DNA of 64,000 nt from Nitrospirota bacterium (GCA_963790205.1 CAWBNQ010000003.1:960001-1024000); one strand, 5' to 3'; counted from the first letter of the stretch, positions 1 to 9,965 are shown. Numbers and translations: made by a program. Notes: generated by a model from the sequence alone, not told the origin.

Positions 1-710
1 AACTCACCTGTCTGCGGATCGGGCATTGTCGAACGGACTTCCGTGCCGCTGACCTGGGCGGAGACCATCACGTTATCGGCAAGCAGCGAAGGATCGATAA
101 ACCCGTCGATGCCGGTGAGCAGGTTCGGAAGGACCGTGATAACAGGCTTCAGCGCGTAGCTGCCGTTGCCCCGTCTGACGACCGACTTCAACGCGTTGAA
201 ATCCAGCACGAGGTCGACGTGCTGCCCGGGGGCCACGTCGAATTCGTGGATCAATTTGATCCCGCTTTGCACCCCGCTCGGCGTAGAGAGCGGGATCTCG
301 GCCGTTGTGCCGGAGAGGACGACCGAGTTGGCAGGGGTCGTCCCGGTGTTCGCTGAGAGCACGAGGCGCAGCTGGGTATAATGGCCCGCCGGAAGCGATG
401 TCTGTCCCAGCGTGTCGAGCACTCCGTTGGTCAAATTGAGCAGGTTGATCTTCTGCGGGAGGGTGAGCGTTATATCCGACCAGCCTGAAGCGTTTCCCGA
501 AGCCGTCGAACTCTGGTGCACCCTGACTTTGCTCACCGTCACATTGACCGCGTCAAAACCTGCGGCGGGCGCATCGGTAAGTGAAACAGCCAGGGTCCCG
601 GATTGGGAGGTGCTGGGGCTGCTTGAACTGCTGGAGTTGCCGCATCCGGACACAAGAACAGTCAGGAGTGTCGCACAGGACAAGGCCAAAAAGCTTCTGT
701 ATTTGTTCAT
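1..710 (-). CDS. DUF4382-domain lipoprotein (3' end runs off the window)
   Basis: Not in ORF track. Manual translation from ATG at 710 (RBS GAGGAGG): MNKYRSFLALSCATLLTVLVSGCGNSSSSSSPSTSQSGTLAVSLTDAPAAGFDAVNVTVSKVRVH...LRLVL...LDFNALKSVV...YALKPVI. Lipobox VSGC, Ser linker and the LTDAP motif typical of DUF4382. Confidence 0.85.
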   Translation of the reverse strand, partial: MNKYRSFLALSCATLLTVLVSGCGNSSSSSSPSTSQSGTLAVSLTDAPAAGFDAVNVTVSKVRVHQSSTASGNASGWSDITLTLPQKINLLNLTNGVLDTLGQTSLPAGHYTQLRLVLSANTGTTPANSVVLSGTTAEIPLSTPSGVQSGIKLIHEFDVAPGQHVDLVLDFNALKSVVRRGNGSYALKPVITVLPNLLTGIDGFIDPSLLADNVMVSAQVSGTEVRSTMPDPQTGE

Positions 711-1356
711 TTGAGTCTCCTCCTCGCGATAGAAAGTATTGTATTGAGGATAAGTATAGCACCTGAGTCTCTCCGGAGGCAGACGGAAAACGGAGGCCTT
801 ATTTGTTGCGGTGTCATTAATTACGAAAGTATAACTAAAGACTGAGGGAAAATATGTGAATCAGGTTGCAGAATATAAGGGCAGTCATCAGTCGGCAGAG
901 TAGAGAGTTCAGAAGGCCCTCTTGGCGAACAAAAGCGCCTCTCGCGGAGTACGGGGAGAACACCAGATGAAAATCCCTTCCGAAAATTTCAGGGAGGCGG
1001 GAAAGAGAACATCTGAGGTCAGATCCTTTTGTTTTGACATTCTCCCTTATTCCATGATTGCATCGCTGCATGACCCGCCCCCTTGTGGCTTGTCCGGGTC
1101 GAGTAGCGTTACGTTTGTCCCGTTCTCCTCAACTTCCACTCTGCTGATAGAACATCTCAGATCTACTTTCTTGTCATTGAAGTCCTTTGGGGACAGGCTA
1201 TGATGTTTGCGTTTGCACTCGTGCACTGAATTTCTTCCCATCTTTTCGCAATTGTTGACAAAGCTCAGCTTATAAAGTAGCATGCTCCAGGCATATAGGC
1301 AGATCGGATTTTGAATGGGTTAAGAAGGGCAACACGATGGATACGGGATATGGCAT

Positions 1357-1554
1357 ATGGCATCATTACTCTGGGGTCTTTTGTTCGGCTCGATCGGCAT
1401 GGGCTACTTTGTATACGGTAAGAAACTAGGACGAGGCGTTCCGCTGATATCCGGCATTGCGCTGATGGCTTTCCCTTACTTTGTCACGAGCTCGGTTTTA
1501 ATCGTCCTGATCGGGCTTGTGCTGATGGCCGTGCCCTATTTTATCAGATACTGA
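1357..1554 (+). CDS. small conserved membrane protein
   Basis: 65 aa, very hydrophobic, FGSIGMGYFVYGKK...LMAFPYF pattern seen in a widespread small uncharacterised family. Confidence 0.7.
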   Translation: MASLLWGLLFGSIGMGYFVYGKKLGRGVPLISGIALMAFPYFVTSSVLIVLIGLVLMAVPYFIRY

Positions 1555-1614
1555 GCCACGCTCCGCGCCCAAGCGGGAACCGGGGGCCTTCCTGCGCTGC
1601 TTTTCCTGAAAGAA

Positions 1615-1893
1615 ATGGACGATCCTGAGATTGACGAAGTGTCGGGCGTGGTCAGATGCGAACGGTGCGGATCCCGGCTCGAAGGCGAGATCGAATGCCC
1701 TTTTTGCTCCCTTTTCCAGAAACCCGTGAGAAAGGATGCCTTGCCGAAATGGGTCTACCTGACGGCATGCTTTCTTACTTCTCCGTTCAGCATTTATTTC
1801 ATTTTTAAAGACAAGCGTTTAAATATTTTTGAAAGAATCGCAGCTGTATCCGGCTGCTGTTTGTGGTTTGTTTTTTGCCTGTGGCGGCTTTAG
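1615..1893 (+). CDS. hypothetical protein with Zn-ribbon-like N-terminus and hydrophobic C-terminus
   Basis: CERC...CPFC Cys pairs followed by two hydrophobic segments. Confidence 0.5.
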   Translation: MDDPEIDEVSGVVRCERCGSRLEGEIECPFCSLFQKPVRKDALPKWVYLTACFLTSPFSIYFIFKDKRLNIFERIAAVSGCCLWFVFCLWRL

Positions 1894-2041
1894 GTGCATT
1901 TGGCAGTTCAAATTCTCTCCAGGAACATCTGAGGGGACATCGCAGCGGACCCATCACCGCTATTGGTCCGTTCTTTTTGAAAGTGACATCCTGTCTCTCT
2001 TGATTCATTGCCGACCGATCAGGAAAGAGCTCTTTGCATTC

Positions 2042-3004
2042 ATGAAGATAAATAAGCATGCGCAGCCTGTGGCCATACTGCTCGTGGTGGCCATGGTAGC
2101 CGTTGCGGGCTATGCCCGCGAAAAGGACATAATCTTTCCGGAGATTGCCGCCCTTGTCTTCGGATCATGGGTCATGAAAGAATCTCCCTGGCAAGGCAAG
2201 AACCGCCACCTCTGGCTGTCTCCTTCCCTTGCCGCCTTGACCGGGGTCATTATCCTGCGATTGACTCCGGCTGCACCCTCTGTCGCGATTGCGGCCGCTT
2301 TTATTGCGGTTGCCGTGCAAATGAAGTTGATGCGTTCGGCAGTGCTGCCGTCGCTTTCCGCCGCGATCCTTCCGGTCCTTCTTCATTGTGACAGCTGGTA
2401 CTATCCTCTGTATGTATCCGTTTTGACGGGAATCATCGCGCTCGGGCGTCATACGTTGGATCATTTCAGCGGGGAGACAAGCGCCCTCGACTTCGCAACT
2501 CCTGAAAATGGGAGCAGTGCTTCGCAAAAACCTTTCGATGAGTTGCTTCACTGGGGAAAGCTTTTGGCGGTTGTGTTGATCGTTACCGCCCTGGCGATCA
2601 CGTATCACTGGATGTTCGCAATTGCTCCGCCCTTGATCGTCACCTTCGTGGAGTTGTCGAAACCGAGCGGGACCTTGCGCCGAAAATCAGGACGGATCTT
2701 TGTGCTGCTCGTTCTCGCCGCTTTTTCCGGCGTGTTTTGGCTTTATGCAGGCACGCATGTTCTGCAATGGCCGGTATGGGTTTCCGCCGCGCTGTCCATG
2801 GTATCCGTTTACCTTTTTTTTCATACCTTGCGGCTGTCCTTCCCGCCCGCCGCTGCCATTGCGCTCCTGCCGACGATCATACCGGCCAAAAGTTTGTGGT
2901 CCTATCCCTGGCACGTCGCAATCGGAAGCGCGATCTTCATCCTCGTGAGCTTGTTCTGGTTCAAACAGCCGGAGCCCCTCAGTATTACCGCGGAAATTGA
3001 TTAG
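2042..3004 (+). CDS. HPP-family-like integral membrane protein
   Basis: Two internally repeated hydrophobic halves (IIFPEIAAL / IAPPLIVTFVE; PSLSAAILP / PPAAAIALLP). Start placed at ATG 2042 within ORF 1829-3004. Confidence 0.65.
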   Translation: MKINKHAQPVAILLVVAMVAVAGYAREKDIIFPEIAALVFGSWVMKESPWQGKNRHLWLSPSLAALTGVIILRLTPAAPSVAIAAAFIAVAVQMKLMRSAVLPSLSAAILPVLLHCDSWYYPLYVSVLTGIIALGRHTLDHFSGETSALDFATPENGSSASQKPFDELLHWGKLLAVVLIVTALAITYHWMFAIAPPLIVTFVELSKPSGTLRRKSGRIFVLLVLAAFSGVFWLYAGTHVLQWPVWVSAALSMVSVYLFFHTLRLSFPPAAAIALLPTIIPAKSLWSYPWHVAIGSAIFILVSLFWFKQPEPLSITAEID

Positions 3005-3229
3005 ACGCAGGGCATTGTGACTGTTCCTTCCTCGGTTCATGAAAGCGGGCAGAGCAATAGATCGAAGGAAAAAACGACTTTCTTCTTTTTCAAACTCCAG
3101 GATCGTAAAAAACTTCCCTCCCGCGCGGCGGAAGAGGCGGCTCAAGGGGCATGGTCCGGAAGAATTAATTCCAGGCGAGATGGCGTAATTTACCCTGCGG
3201 AAGAAAGGGGCTTGCGCTGAACCATTAAA

Positions 3230-3265
3230 ATTGGTTTAAACCAATAAAATACCCTAAAAATACCC
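3230..3265. promoter_or_regulatory. palindromic operator plus 11-bp-period direct repeat upstream of PhnD-type gene
   Basis: Perfect palindrome ATTGGTTTAAACCAAT (3230-3245), then AAAATACCC at 3246-3254 and 3257-3265. Confidence 0.5.
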
Positions 3266-3347
3266 CTCCCGGGCGATATGCAGAGCTGTGAAAATGGTAT
3301 ATCGTAGTCCACAGTAATTCCTGCTCCCTATATAAGGAGGAAGAACA

Positions 3348-4244
3348 ATGAACAAGACACCGGGAAGGACCATTTATCTTTTTCTCTTCGGAATTGTGCT
3401 GTCTGTTCTCCTGCCCACGAGCTCCGGAGCTGCACAGCTACAGTTCAGGATCGCTTTTACGCAGGACCAGAAGAACGTTGAGAAGAAGTTAAACCCCCTG
3501 ATGGATTATCTGGCAAAGAAAGGGGTCGTTCCCTCCTATGAAGAGGCAAAGGACTATCCCGCTGCAGCCACCCTGTTTGCGAGCGGCGCGGTGGATGCGA
3601 TGTTCTGCGGATCGGGCGTGGCAGGCGCTTTCATGATCAGCGAACTGGCTGTGCCGCTGGTCCGTTCCGTGAATACGGACGGGCACAGCACCTACTGGGC
3701 GGTGATCCTCGCCCCAAAGGGTTCGCCGCTCTTCGCCGGCTCCGCCGAATATTTCAAGGGCAAGAAGGTGACCTTCACCGGCCTTGACTCGGCAGGCGAT
3801 TTTTATTTCGATTCCTTGCCCGGCGCGGCGCAGGCTGATGCAATACGGCTCAAGGCCGATTCCTACGGCGACGCCATCGAAGCGCTCGATAAAGGCCAGG
3901 CCGACATCGCTATCGTGAAAAACAGGGTATGGGACAGCGTGCAGCACCGGTATCCTAATCTCGCGATGGTAGGGGAGGACAAGGGGGAGAACCCCGACAA
4001 CACCTTGATCGTATCCGTAAACATGCCGATCTCCTTGAGAGCAAAGATCGCCGCCGACCTGGTCGCAATGCAGAACGATCCCTCGCCTGAAGCGCAGGCG
4101 GCCAGAAACAGCATGAAAATATCCGGGTTCATCAGAACGTCGGAGAAGGATTTCGAGCATACGCTGGCCCTGTTGAAGAGCGCCGGCGTAACCAAGTCGT
4201 TCCTCTTTGCCCGGAAACCCGTGAGCGTGTCTGCGCTGAAGTGA
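3348..4244 (+). CDS. PhnD/PtxB-type periplasmic substrate-binding protein
   Basis: RBS AAGGAGG, signal peptide, motifs Y(W)AVILAPKGS, DSAG and PDNTLIV typical of the phosphonate-binding fold. Confidence 0.75.
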   Translation: MNKTPGRTIYLFLFGIVLSVLLPTSSGAAQLQFRIAFTQDQKNVEKKLNPLMDYLAKKGVVPSYEEAKDYPAAATLFASGAVDAMFCGSGVAGAFMISELAVPLVRSVNTDGHSTYWAVILAPKGSPLFAGSAEYFKGKKVTFTGLDSAGDFYFDSLPGAAQADAIRLKADSYGDAIEALDKGQADIAIVKNRVWDSVQHRYPNLAMVGEDKGENPDNTLIVSVNMPISLRAKIAADLVAMQNDPSPEAQAARNSMKISGFIRTSEKDFEHTLALLKSAGVTKSFLFARKPVSVSALK

Positions 4245-4327
4245 TCTGTTTTTTTGAAACGTTCTCAGCATGCGTTGTTGCTGCTCTCCTTTGAACGGTC
4301 CACAAGATGGCTTTTCCCCCGAAGCCC

Positions 4328-4362
4328 TGCCGGATGCTTTCACAGCATCCGGCAATTTTTTT
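4328..4362 (+). terminator. rho-independent terminator
   Basis: TGCCGGATGCT-ttcac-AGCATCCGGCA stem followed by ATTTTTTT. Confidence 0.7.
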
Positions 4363-4558
4363 ACTCTTGTATCAGCGCCGTTTTGATTCGGTTGATCATT
4401 CACCTATCCCTATTTGGAAAATTCTGCATTCCGAATTCCACATTCCGCATTTGGAACGCATCAGCAAGAAGGTCTGTAAAAAAAAACTTTTTTATGGTAT
4501 ATTTCCTCTGTCTTGACCAGTCCTGCTCCAGACAGAAGGCCGTCAGCGAGGTGAGACT

Positions 4559-5128
4559 ATGAACGCAGTGATCGAGGCGATCAAGAAAAGACGGGCTGTC
4601 CGGGCCTATGAACCGAAGCCGGTCCCCCGGGACGTCCTGAACGCGGTCATCGAGGCGGGGAACGAGGCGCCGTCCGCAATGAACAGCCAGCCCTGGAGGT
4701 TTGTCGTTGTCGAAGACAAAGAGGCGAAGAAAAAGCTCCTGGCTGCCGCAATGCCCAAGGCGAAGGCGATCACCGAGAAAGTGAAGGACATCGACCCGGA
4801 GCGGTACGAGGCGATCAAGAAACGATACGCCGAACTGCCGGACCCGGTATATTATTCAGCCCCCGCGATCGTGTTCGTCATCGGCAACGGGATGTATGCC
4901 GATCATTCGTGCCCGCTGGCCTGCGAGAACATGATGCTGGCTGCCTGCTCGCTGGGCCTGGGGAGCTGCTGGGTGGGCTTCGGCGCGATGGTGACGGACG
5001 ATCCGGCGGTGAGGAGCCTTCTTGAGCTAAAAGAAGGGGACGCGATCTTCGGCCCGATACTTCTCGGATATCCAAAGACCAGTCCTCCTCGCCCGCCGAA
5101 GAAGGACCCGAAAGTTAAGTGGATTTGA
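4559..5128 (+). CDS. nitroreductase family protein
   Basis: RRAVRAY, APSAMNSQPWRFVVV, ENMMLAA.SLGLGSCWVG and LGYP motifs. Confidence 0.92.
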   Translation: MNAVIEAIKKRRAVRAYEPKPVPRDVLNAVIEAGNEAPSAMNSQPWRFVVVEDKEAKKKLLAAAMPKAKAITEKVKDIDPERYEAIKKRYAELPDPVYYSAPAIVFVIGNGMYADHSCPLACENMMLAACSLGLGSCWVGFGAMVTDDPAVRSLLELKEGDAIFGPILLGYPKTSPPRPPKKDPKVKWI

Positions 5129-5157
5129 TATACAGTATAATAATAATGAAGGAGACT

Positions 5158-7263
5158 ATGGCGGGCAAGACAGTTATGGAGCACGGACCGACCGAAAAAT
5201 CCCTTGTTTCACTTCGGCGTCATGGTTTGAAGGCGGGCATCGCGTTTGCGGCGATACTTGCGCTGGCAACAGGAGCGACCGCCTTTGCAGGCGAAAATGT
5301 GACGTATGGGATGGAAAAGGTTGTGCCCTACGAGTATCGCGGAGACGTTCGCGAGTTGGCCCGGTTCCCCCTGGCGGCCCCGCAGAAGCAGCCGTATGTT
5401 CACCCGGTGCTAAGGCCGCCCAGGACGAAGAAAGCTCCGCTCCTTTTTGGTGCGCCGGAAACTCCGTCAATGAATGTTCCGCTTAAGGCCCCGCTTGCCC
5501 CCATGCCGGCTTCGATCGTGAATTTTCCCGGCATGAATTTCAGCGACTCCTGTACCGGAGGGCAGTGCGGCGCAGGCTGGCCCCCGGACCCGAACGGCGA
5601 TGTCGGACCAAATCATTATATCCAGGCGGTGAACGACGCCTATGCCATCTATAATAAGACCGGCTCGCGACTCGCTTCGTTCACCGAGGATTCGTTGTGG
5701 TCTGGCACGGGATCGAATCCCTGTAACGGCAATTCCGAGGGCGATCCGATTGTGTTGTATGATCAACTGGCAGACCGGTGGATACTCACCCATTTTGCCT
5801 TCGCGCTCGACAGCAATGGCAACCCCCTGGCGCCCTTTTATCAATGTATCGCGGTCTCGAAGACAAACGACCCGGTCTCGGGCGGATGGTGGCTCTATCC
5901 CCTGCGCATGGACCCGGGCGGCACGGGGAAGCCGCCCTCTGGCGCGATGAACGACTACCCCAAGTTCGGGATATGGCCCGACTGCCTCTATATGTCTGCG
6001 AACGAGTTTGCCATGCCTGGCGGTAGTTTCGTTGGGACGTCGTATGCTTCTCTCAGCCGCAGCGATTTGGAAAGCGGCGTGCCTCTTACCTGGTCGCTGG
6101 GCTTTCTTGATTACCCGGCGCATGACGTCTTTACCATGATCCCGAGCAGTGTGCTCGGCTCTGCGGCAGGCTCGCTGCCTCCTGCCGGGACTCCAAACTA
6201 CTTCGTCTCTGAATCGATAAATGGTTTCAACTTCGAGGTCAGAAAATTTACGGCAGGACCAAACTGCGGGGCCGGTGGAACACTGAGCTCGCCGGTAAAT
6301 GTAAGCCAGTCGAGCTATGCTTCGATTCCCGCCAATACCAACATTGTCCCTCAACCGGGCACCACGAACACGCTGGATATGATCGACGACCGTTTGATGC
6401 AGAAGGTGCGATATCGGAATATCAGCGGCACGGAATCCCTGTGGGTCGTTCATAATGTTCTGACTTCTTCCACCGGCACGGTTGTTCCCCAATGGGCGCA
6501 GATCGACGTTACCGGCGGCACGATTAATACAACGCCGGTCCAGCAGCAGATCTATGCGCCTGATACGGTGCTCCATCGTTGGATGGGCAGCCTGGCAGTG
6601 GACAATGCCGGGAACATGGCGCTCGGGTACAGCACCTCGAACAGCGTTTCGCCGAACTTTCCGAGCATCGCCTATTCAGGCCGCCTCGCAGGCGATGCAC
6701 TAAACACGTTGCCGCAAACCGAAACGCAGCTGATCGCAGGATCAGGTTCGCAGACCCTCTCGTTCAGCGGCCAGTTCGTCAGCCGCTGGGGCGATTACAC
6801 TGCGATGAGCATGGACCCCTCTGACGACTGCACCTTCTGGTACACGAACCAATATTACGGCAGCCCGTCGAACGGTGGCAGCGGCAACTGGCAGACGCGC
6901 ATCGGCTCGTTCAAGTTCTCATCATGCGCGCCGGTGCTCGTGTCCGCGCCGGTCGTCACCACTGCGGCGGTTACGAACATAAAATATTTGACGGCTACGG
7001 GAGGAGGCACCGTTATCGCCACTGGCGGGGCGCCGGTCACCGCCAGAGGGGTCTGCTGGAACACGACAAACAATCCTACCACAGCTGATACCTGCACGAA
7101 CAACGGAACGGGAACAGGCCCATTCACGAGTTCCATCACCGGGCTGACGCAGGCCAGCGTATATTATGTGAGGGCCTATGCCACCAATGCCGCTGGCACG
7201 GCATACGGCAATCAAGTGGCAGTGATACGCCCCAATCCTCCGACAGGACTGACGGTCAAGTAG
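5158..7263 (+). CDS. large secreted beta-rich protein with C-terminal FN3-like domain
   Basis: Signal-like segment (AGIAFAAILALATGATAFA), PPDPNGDVGPNHYIQAVN, GDP..LYD, DYPK and RWGDY motifs, C-terminal ITGLTQASVYYVRAYATN. Start uncertain (5146-5176). Confidence 0.7.
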   Translation: MAGKTVMEHGPTEKSLVSLRRHGLKAGIAFAAILALATGATAFAGENVTYGMEKVVPYEYRGDVRELARFPLAAPQKQPYVHPVLRPPRTKKAPLLFGAPETPSMNVPLKAPLAPMPASIVNFPGMNFSDSCTGGQCGAGWPPDPNGDVGPNHYIQAVNDAYAIYNKTGSRLASFTEDSLWSGTGSNPCNGNSEGDPIVLYDQLADRWILTHFAFALDSNGNPLAPFYQCIAVSKTNDPVSGGWWLYPLRMDPGGTGKPPSGAMNDYPKFGIWPDCLYMSANEFAMPGGSFVGTSYASLSRSDLESGVPLTWSLGFLDYPAHDVFTMIPSSVLGSAAGSLPPAGTPNYFVSESINGFNFEVRKFTAGPNCGAGGTLSSPVNVSQSSYASIPANTNIVPQPGTTNTLDMIDDRLMQKVRYRNISGTESLWVVHNVLTSSTGTVVPQWAQIDVTGGTINTTPVQQQIYAPDTVLHRWMGSLAVDNAGNMALGYSTSNSVSPNFPSIAYSGRLAGDALNTLPQTETQLIAGSGSQTLSFSGQFVSRWGDYTAMSMDPSDDCTFWYTNQYYGSPSNGGSGNWQTRIGSFKFSSCAPVLVSAPVVTTAAVTNIKYLTATGGGTVIATGGAPVTARGVCWNTTNNPTTADTCTNNGTGTGPFTSSITGLTQASVYYVRAYATNAAGTAYGNQVAVIRPNPPTGLTVK

Positions 7264-7292
7264 CTTTTTTGAATTGTCAAGGAGTACTCAGT

Positions 7293-7643
7293 ATGAGAAA
7301 ATATTTCTTGCGTTTGGCGGTGTTGCTTATAGTCTTATTGATGATGTCCTGCGGCGGTGGCGGCGGAGGAGGAATTATAATACCGACCGGTTCCGCGACT
7401 CTTACCTGGGTAGTTCCGACCATGTATGATGACGGCGTCACGCCGTTTACCGATCTCGCGGGATATAATATCCACTACGGCACTTCACCAGGCCGCTATA
7501 CGAGCACCATAAATGTCCGCAACGTGACCACCTATAGGGTGACAAATCTTCCCGCAGGGGCCACTTACTATTTCGTGATCACGGCCTATAACACGTCGGG
7601 AGTTGAGAGCGCTCCCTCAATTTGGGCAAGCAAAAAAATATAA
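7293..7643 (+). CDS. fibronectin type III-domain lipoprotein
   Basis: Lipobox MMSC plus poly-Gly; ATLTW..P, LAGYNIHYG and YYFVITAYN..G.ES motifs. Confidence 0.8.
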   Translation: MRKYFLRLAVLLIVLLMMSCGGGGGGGIIIPTGSATLTWVVPTMYDDGVTPFTDLAGYNIHYGTSPGRYTSTINVRNVTTYRVTNLPAGATYYFVITAYNTSGVESAPSIWASKKI

Positions 7644-7721
7644 AAAAGCGATGTGCCGGGCAGCTTTGTTTTTTGCCCTCGGACGTCACACCGATCTCAA
7701 ATCTATTTGTAAGGAGATTTT

Positions 7722-8225
7722 ATGGACACTACTCATGAAGATGTTACCGGCGGGCACATCAGCTCGACCATCGGGCTCGAGATGCTTGTGCGGGACGTGA
7801 TGACAAAGGGCGTCATCTCGATCACGAAATTCGAGAGCATCATGCACGTGGCGGACATTTTAACGGAGAAAAACATAAGCGGGCTTCCCGTGGTGGACAA
7901 GGAAAAAAAGGTGGTCGGCATCATCACCCAGGCCGACATTCTCTCGATGGTGGGGGTGGGAAGGGAACATACGTTCAAGGACCTGTTGAAATACATGCTG
8001 GGAGAACCGCTTCCCGAACGCAGGCTCGGGGACCATGTGGGCGACATCATGACCTCCCCGGCGCTCACCATAAAACCAGGCGCGAACATTGCCGAAGCCG
8101 TGCGGATCATGGATGAGAAGAGGATCAGGCGGTTGACCGTGGTGGACGAAAAACAGGTGCTCATCGGGATCTTGACGAGGGCCGACATCCTGAAGGCGGT
8201 CATCAAAAAAATAAAAATGGCCTGA
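7722..8225 (+). CDS. CBS domain pair protein
   Basis: VRDVMT, ISGLPVVD...GIITQADIL, VGDIMT, IRRLTVVD...GILTRADIL; RBS AAGGAG. Confidence 0.92.
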   Translation: MDTTHEDVTGGHISSTIGLEMLVRDVMTKGVISITKFESIMHVADILTEKNISGLPVVDKEKKVVGIITQADILSMVGVGREHTFKDLLKYMLGEPLPERRLGDHVGDIMTSPALTIKPGANIAEAVRIMDEKRIRRLTVVDEKQVLIGILTRADILKAVIKKIKMA

Positions 8226-8410
8226 CCGTTGTGAAACGATCGATAATCGGTGGATCAGAACAGGGATAGGGCGAGACAGTGCTTTGCGGGTAGCCGTTTC
8301 CGGTCCAATAAACCCGTAGGAAAACAAATCCGGGGCAGGGGAAGGTGAAAGGGTCAAATCCCCGCTCGTGGCCATACTGTCACGGACGAAGATCCGGCCC
8401 TTCAAGACCC

Positions 8411-9064
8411 TTACTTCATGAACTTCTTCGGGAACTGTTTCACTATCCCGTTTGTGAGCACGTCGGCAAACATGAGCATATGAGCGTGCCCTTTGTCGTA
8501 GGCCTCGATATCCGACGCCCAGTCTTTTTTAAGCCTCGATACGACCTCCGTCGTTGTAAGGGCGAGGTGCACGTAGAGCATGTTTTTCAGGGTCTGCACC
8601 GGCCAATTGGGGTTCGCGCCGCTCAAAAAAACCGCGATTTCATCGGCATTTTCCGTCCATCTCTTTTGTCCTTTTGCCACGCCGTCGTTGTCGCCCGTCT
8701 TGGCCGCCTTCACGATGTCCGCGGCGATCAGAATGTGCTCCCTGAGCAGGGCGGACAGCTTTGTGCCCGCGGCTTCGCCGTAGAACGGCTTGATGGCATT
8801 GCCGATGTCGTCCTGGTTCCTGAGAAGCCGTTCGGCGACGATACCGGTGTCGTCAAGGCCCGCCACGGCGCTGGTAATGAAGCTCCGGGTATAGACGATA
8901 TGGTCTTCCCAGAGCTGCCGCATGGCGTTCCGCAGGTCAACAACGGACTGCGTGTAGACCACGGCACCTCCCTTCATTTTTTCCATGGCCCGTGCCGGCG
9001 CGGCAAATGCCAGTGCCATAAGCACCATGCCCGCCAGAATTCCTGCAACAATGGTCTGTTTCAT
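8411..9064 (-). CDS. secreted all-helical protein with repeated His-containing helices
   Basis: Signal peptide (AAPARA), LRNAMRQLWEDHIVYTR, LLREHI, MLYVHL and HMLMFADVL; RBS AGGAGG. Function unknown. Confidence 0.75.
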   Translation of the reverse strand: MKQTIVAGILAGMVLMALAFAAPARAMEKMKGGAVVYTQSVVDLRNAMRQLWEDHIVYTRSFITSAVAGLDDTGIVAERLLRNQDDIGNAIKPFYGEAAGTKLSALLREHILIAADIVKAAKTGDNDGVAKGQKRWTENADEIAVFLSGANPNWPVQTLKNMLYVHLALTTTEVVSRLKKDWASDIEAYDKGHAHMLMFADVLTNGIVKQFPKKFMK

Positions 9065-9133
9065 GGGCGTATCCTCCTTTTTTTAACTGCATGTCCGAAC
9101 CTGCTTCAAGCATAGCGCAATAATTATAATAAA

Positions 9134-9183
9134 TCAAATAAGTTTTTTAGTTATTTGACAATTTCTCGAATTGAAGCTATAGT
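9134..9183 (+). promoter_or_regulatory. sigma70 promoter with overlapping inverted-repeat operator
   Basis: TTGACA (9155-9160), 17 bp spacer, TATAGT (9178-9183); TCAAATAA-N9-TTATTTGA (9134-9158) overlaps the -35. Confidence 0.7.
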
Positions 9184-9209
9184 AGGAGTGAGAAAGGACG
9201 GGTGGCAGG

Positions 9210-9845
9210 ATGGTGACGCCGTTGAATATGGAAAAACCGGGAGGCGCGAGGGACCGGATCGTGCGTATTTTGCTCGAGCGCCGGAATACCGTCGAGGCGC
9301 TGGCGAGCAAGCTCGGGGTCACTGAAAACGCCGTTCGGGCGCAGATCGCGCTGCTGCAACGAGAGGGGATCGTCGAGATCCAGGGTGAGATAAAGGGCAC
9401 GCGCAGGCCGGCCGCGGTCTACGGCCTCCGTCCGGGAGCGGACATACATTTTTCCAAAGCCTATCCCGTTTTCCTCTCTCAGCTGATTCGCGTGCTGGCG
9501 CAAAAGTTGTCGCAGACCGAATTCAGGTCCGTTATGCGCGGCCTCGGGAAGCGGCTGGCAGGCTCCGTGCCGCGCCCCACCGGCGATCCCCGCGAGCGGG
9601 TCAAGGCGGGCCTCAAGTTCCTCAAGCTGCTCGGGTCCGCGGCCGAAATGACCGAAGAGAAGGGAACGATCGTCATTACCGGCTTTGGCTGCCCCATTGC
9701 AGAGGCGGTGAGCGCGGATGAGCGGTCCTGTATCGCGATGGAAACGCTCTTAAAGGAATTGACCGGGCTGCCCGTTGCCGAACGTTGTGATCATGGCGAG
9801 CGTCCAAGCTGCAGGTTTGAAATTAAAATACCCGCGGAGAGATGA
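9210..9845 (+). CDS. winged-HTH transcriptional regulator with Cys-rich C-terminal sensor domain (SufR-like)
   Basis: TVEALASKLGVTENAVRAQI..L...G.V HTH, RRPA.VY.L, C-terminal GCPI, SC, RC and SCRFEI. Start may be 9228. Confidence 0.8.
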   Translation: MVTPLNMEKPGGARDRIVRILLERRNTVEALASKLGVTENAVRAQIALLQREGIVEIQGEIKGTRRPAAVYGLRPGADIHFSKAYPVFLSQLIRVLAQKLSQTEFRSVMRGLGKRLAGSVPRPTGDPRERVKAGLKFLKLLGSAAEMTEEKGTIVITGFGCPIAEAVSADERSCIAMETLLKELTGLPVAERCDHGERPSCRFEIKIPAER

Positions 9846-9965
9846 AGCGCGTTCGGCCAGGATATGCTTTGATGGTCATCGGCTCCTTTTATTCCGGGCC
9901 GGACCGGTTCATTCGCTGTTCTTTGCCGGCAAATTCCACCATTCGCACCCTTTGAACATGCATGA

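Noticed and set aside
835..1283. Short minus-strand ORFs (1047-1283 and a 43-codon ORF starting at 1040)
   Set aside because: No recognisable motifs, and overlapping alternative ORFs are equally plausible.
1337..1361. Upstream out-of-frame ATG and ATATGGC tandem duplication at the start of the small membrane gene
   Set aside because: The gene is intact from ATG 1357, and removing one repeat unit does not restore the upstream frame.
8226..8410. Structured ncRNA or riboswitch in intergenic regions (also 3005-3230 and 27980-28290)
   Set aside because: No known RNA motif recognised by eye; an Rfam/Infernal scan would be needed.
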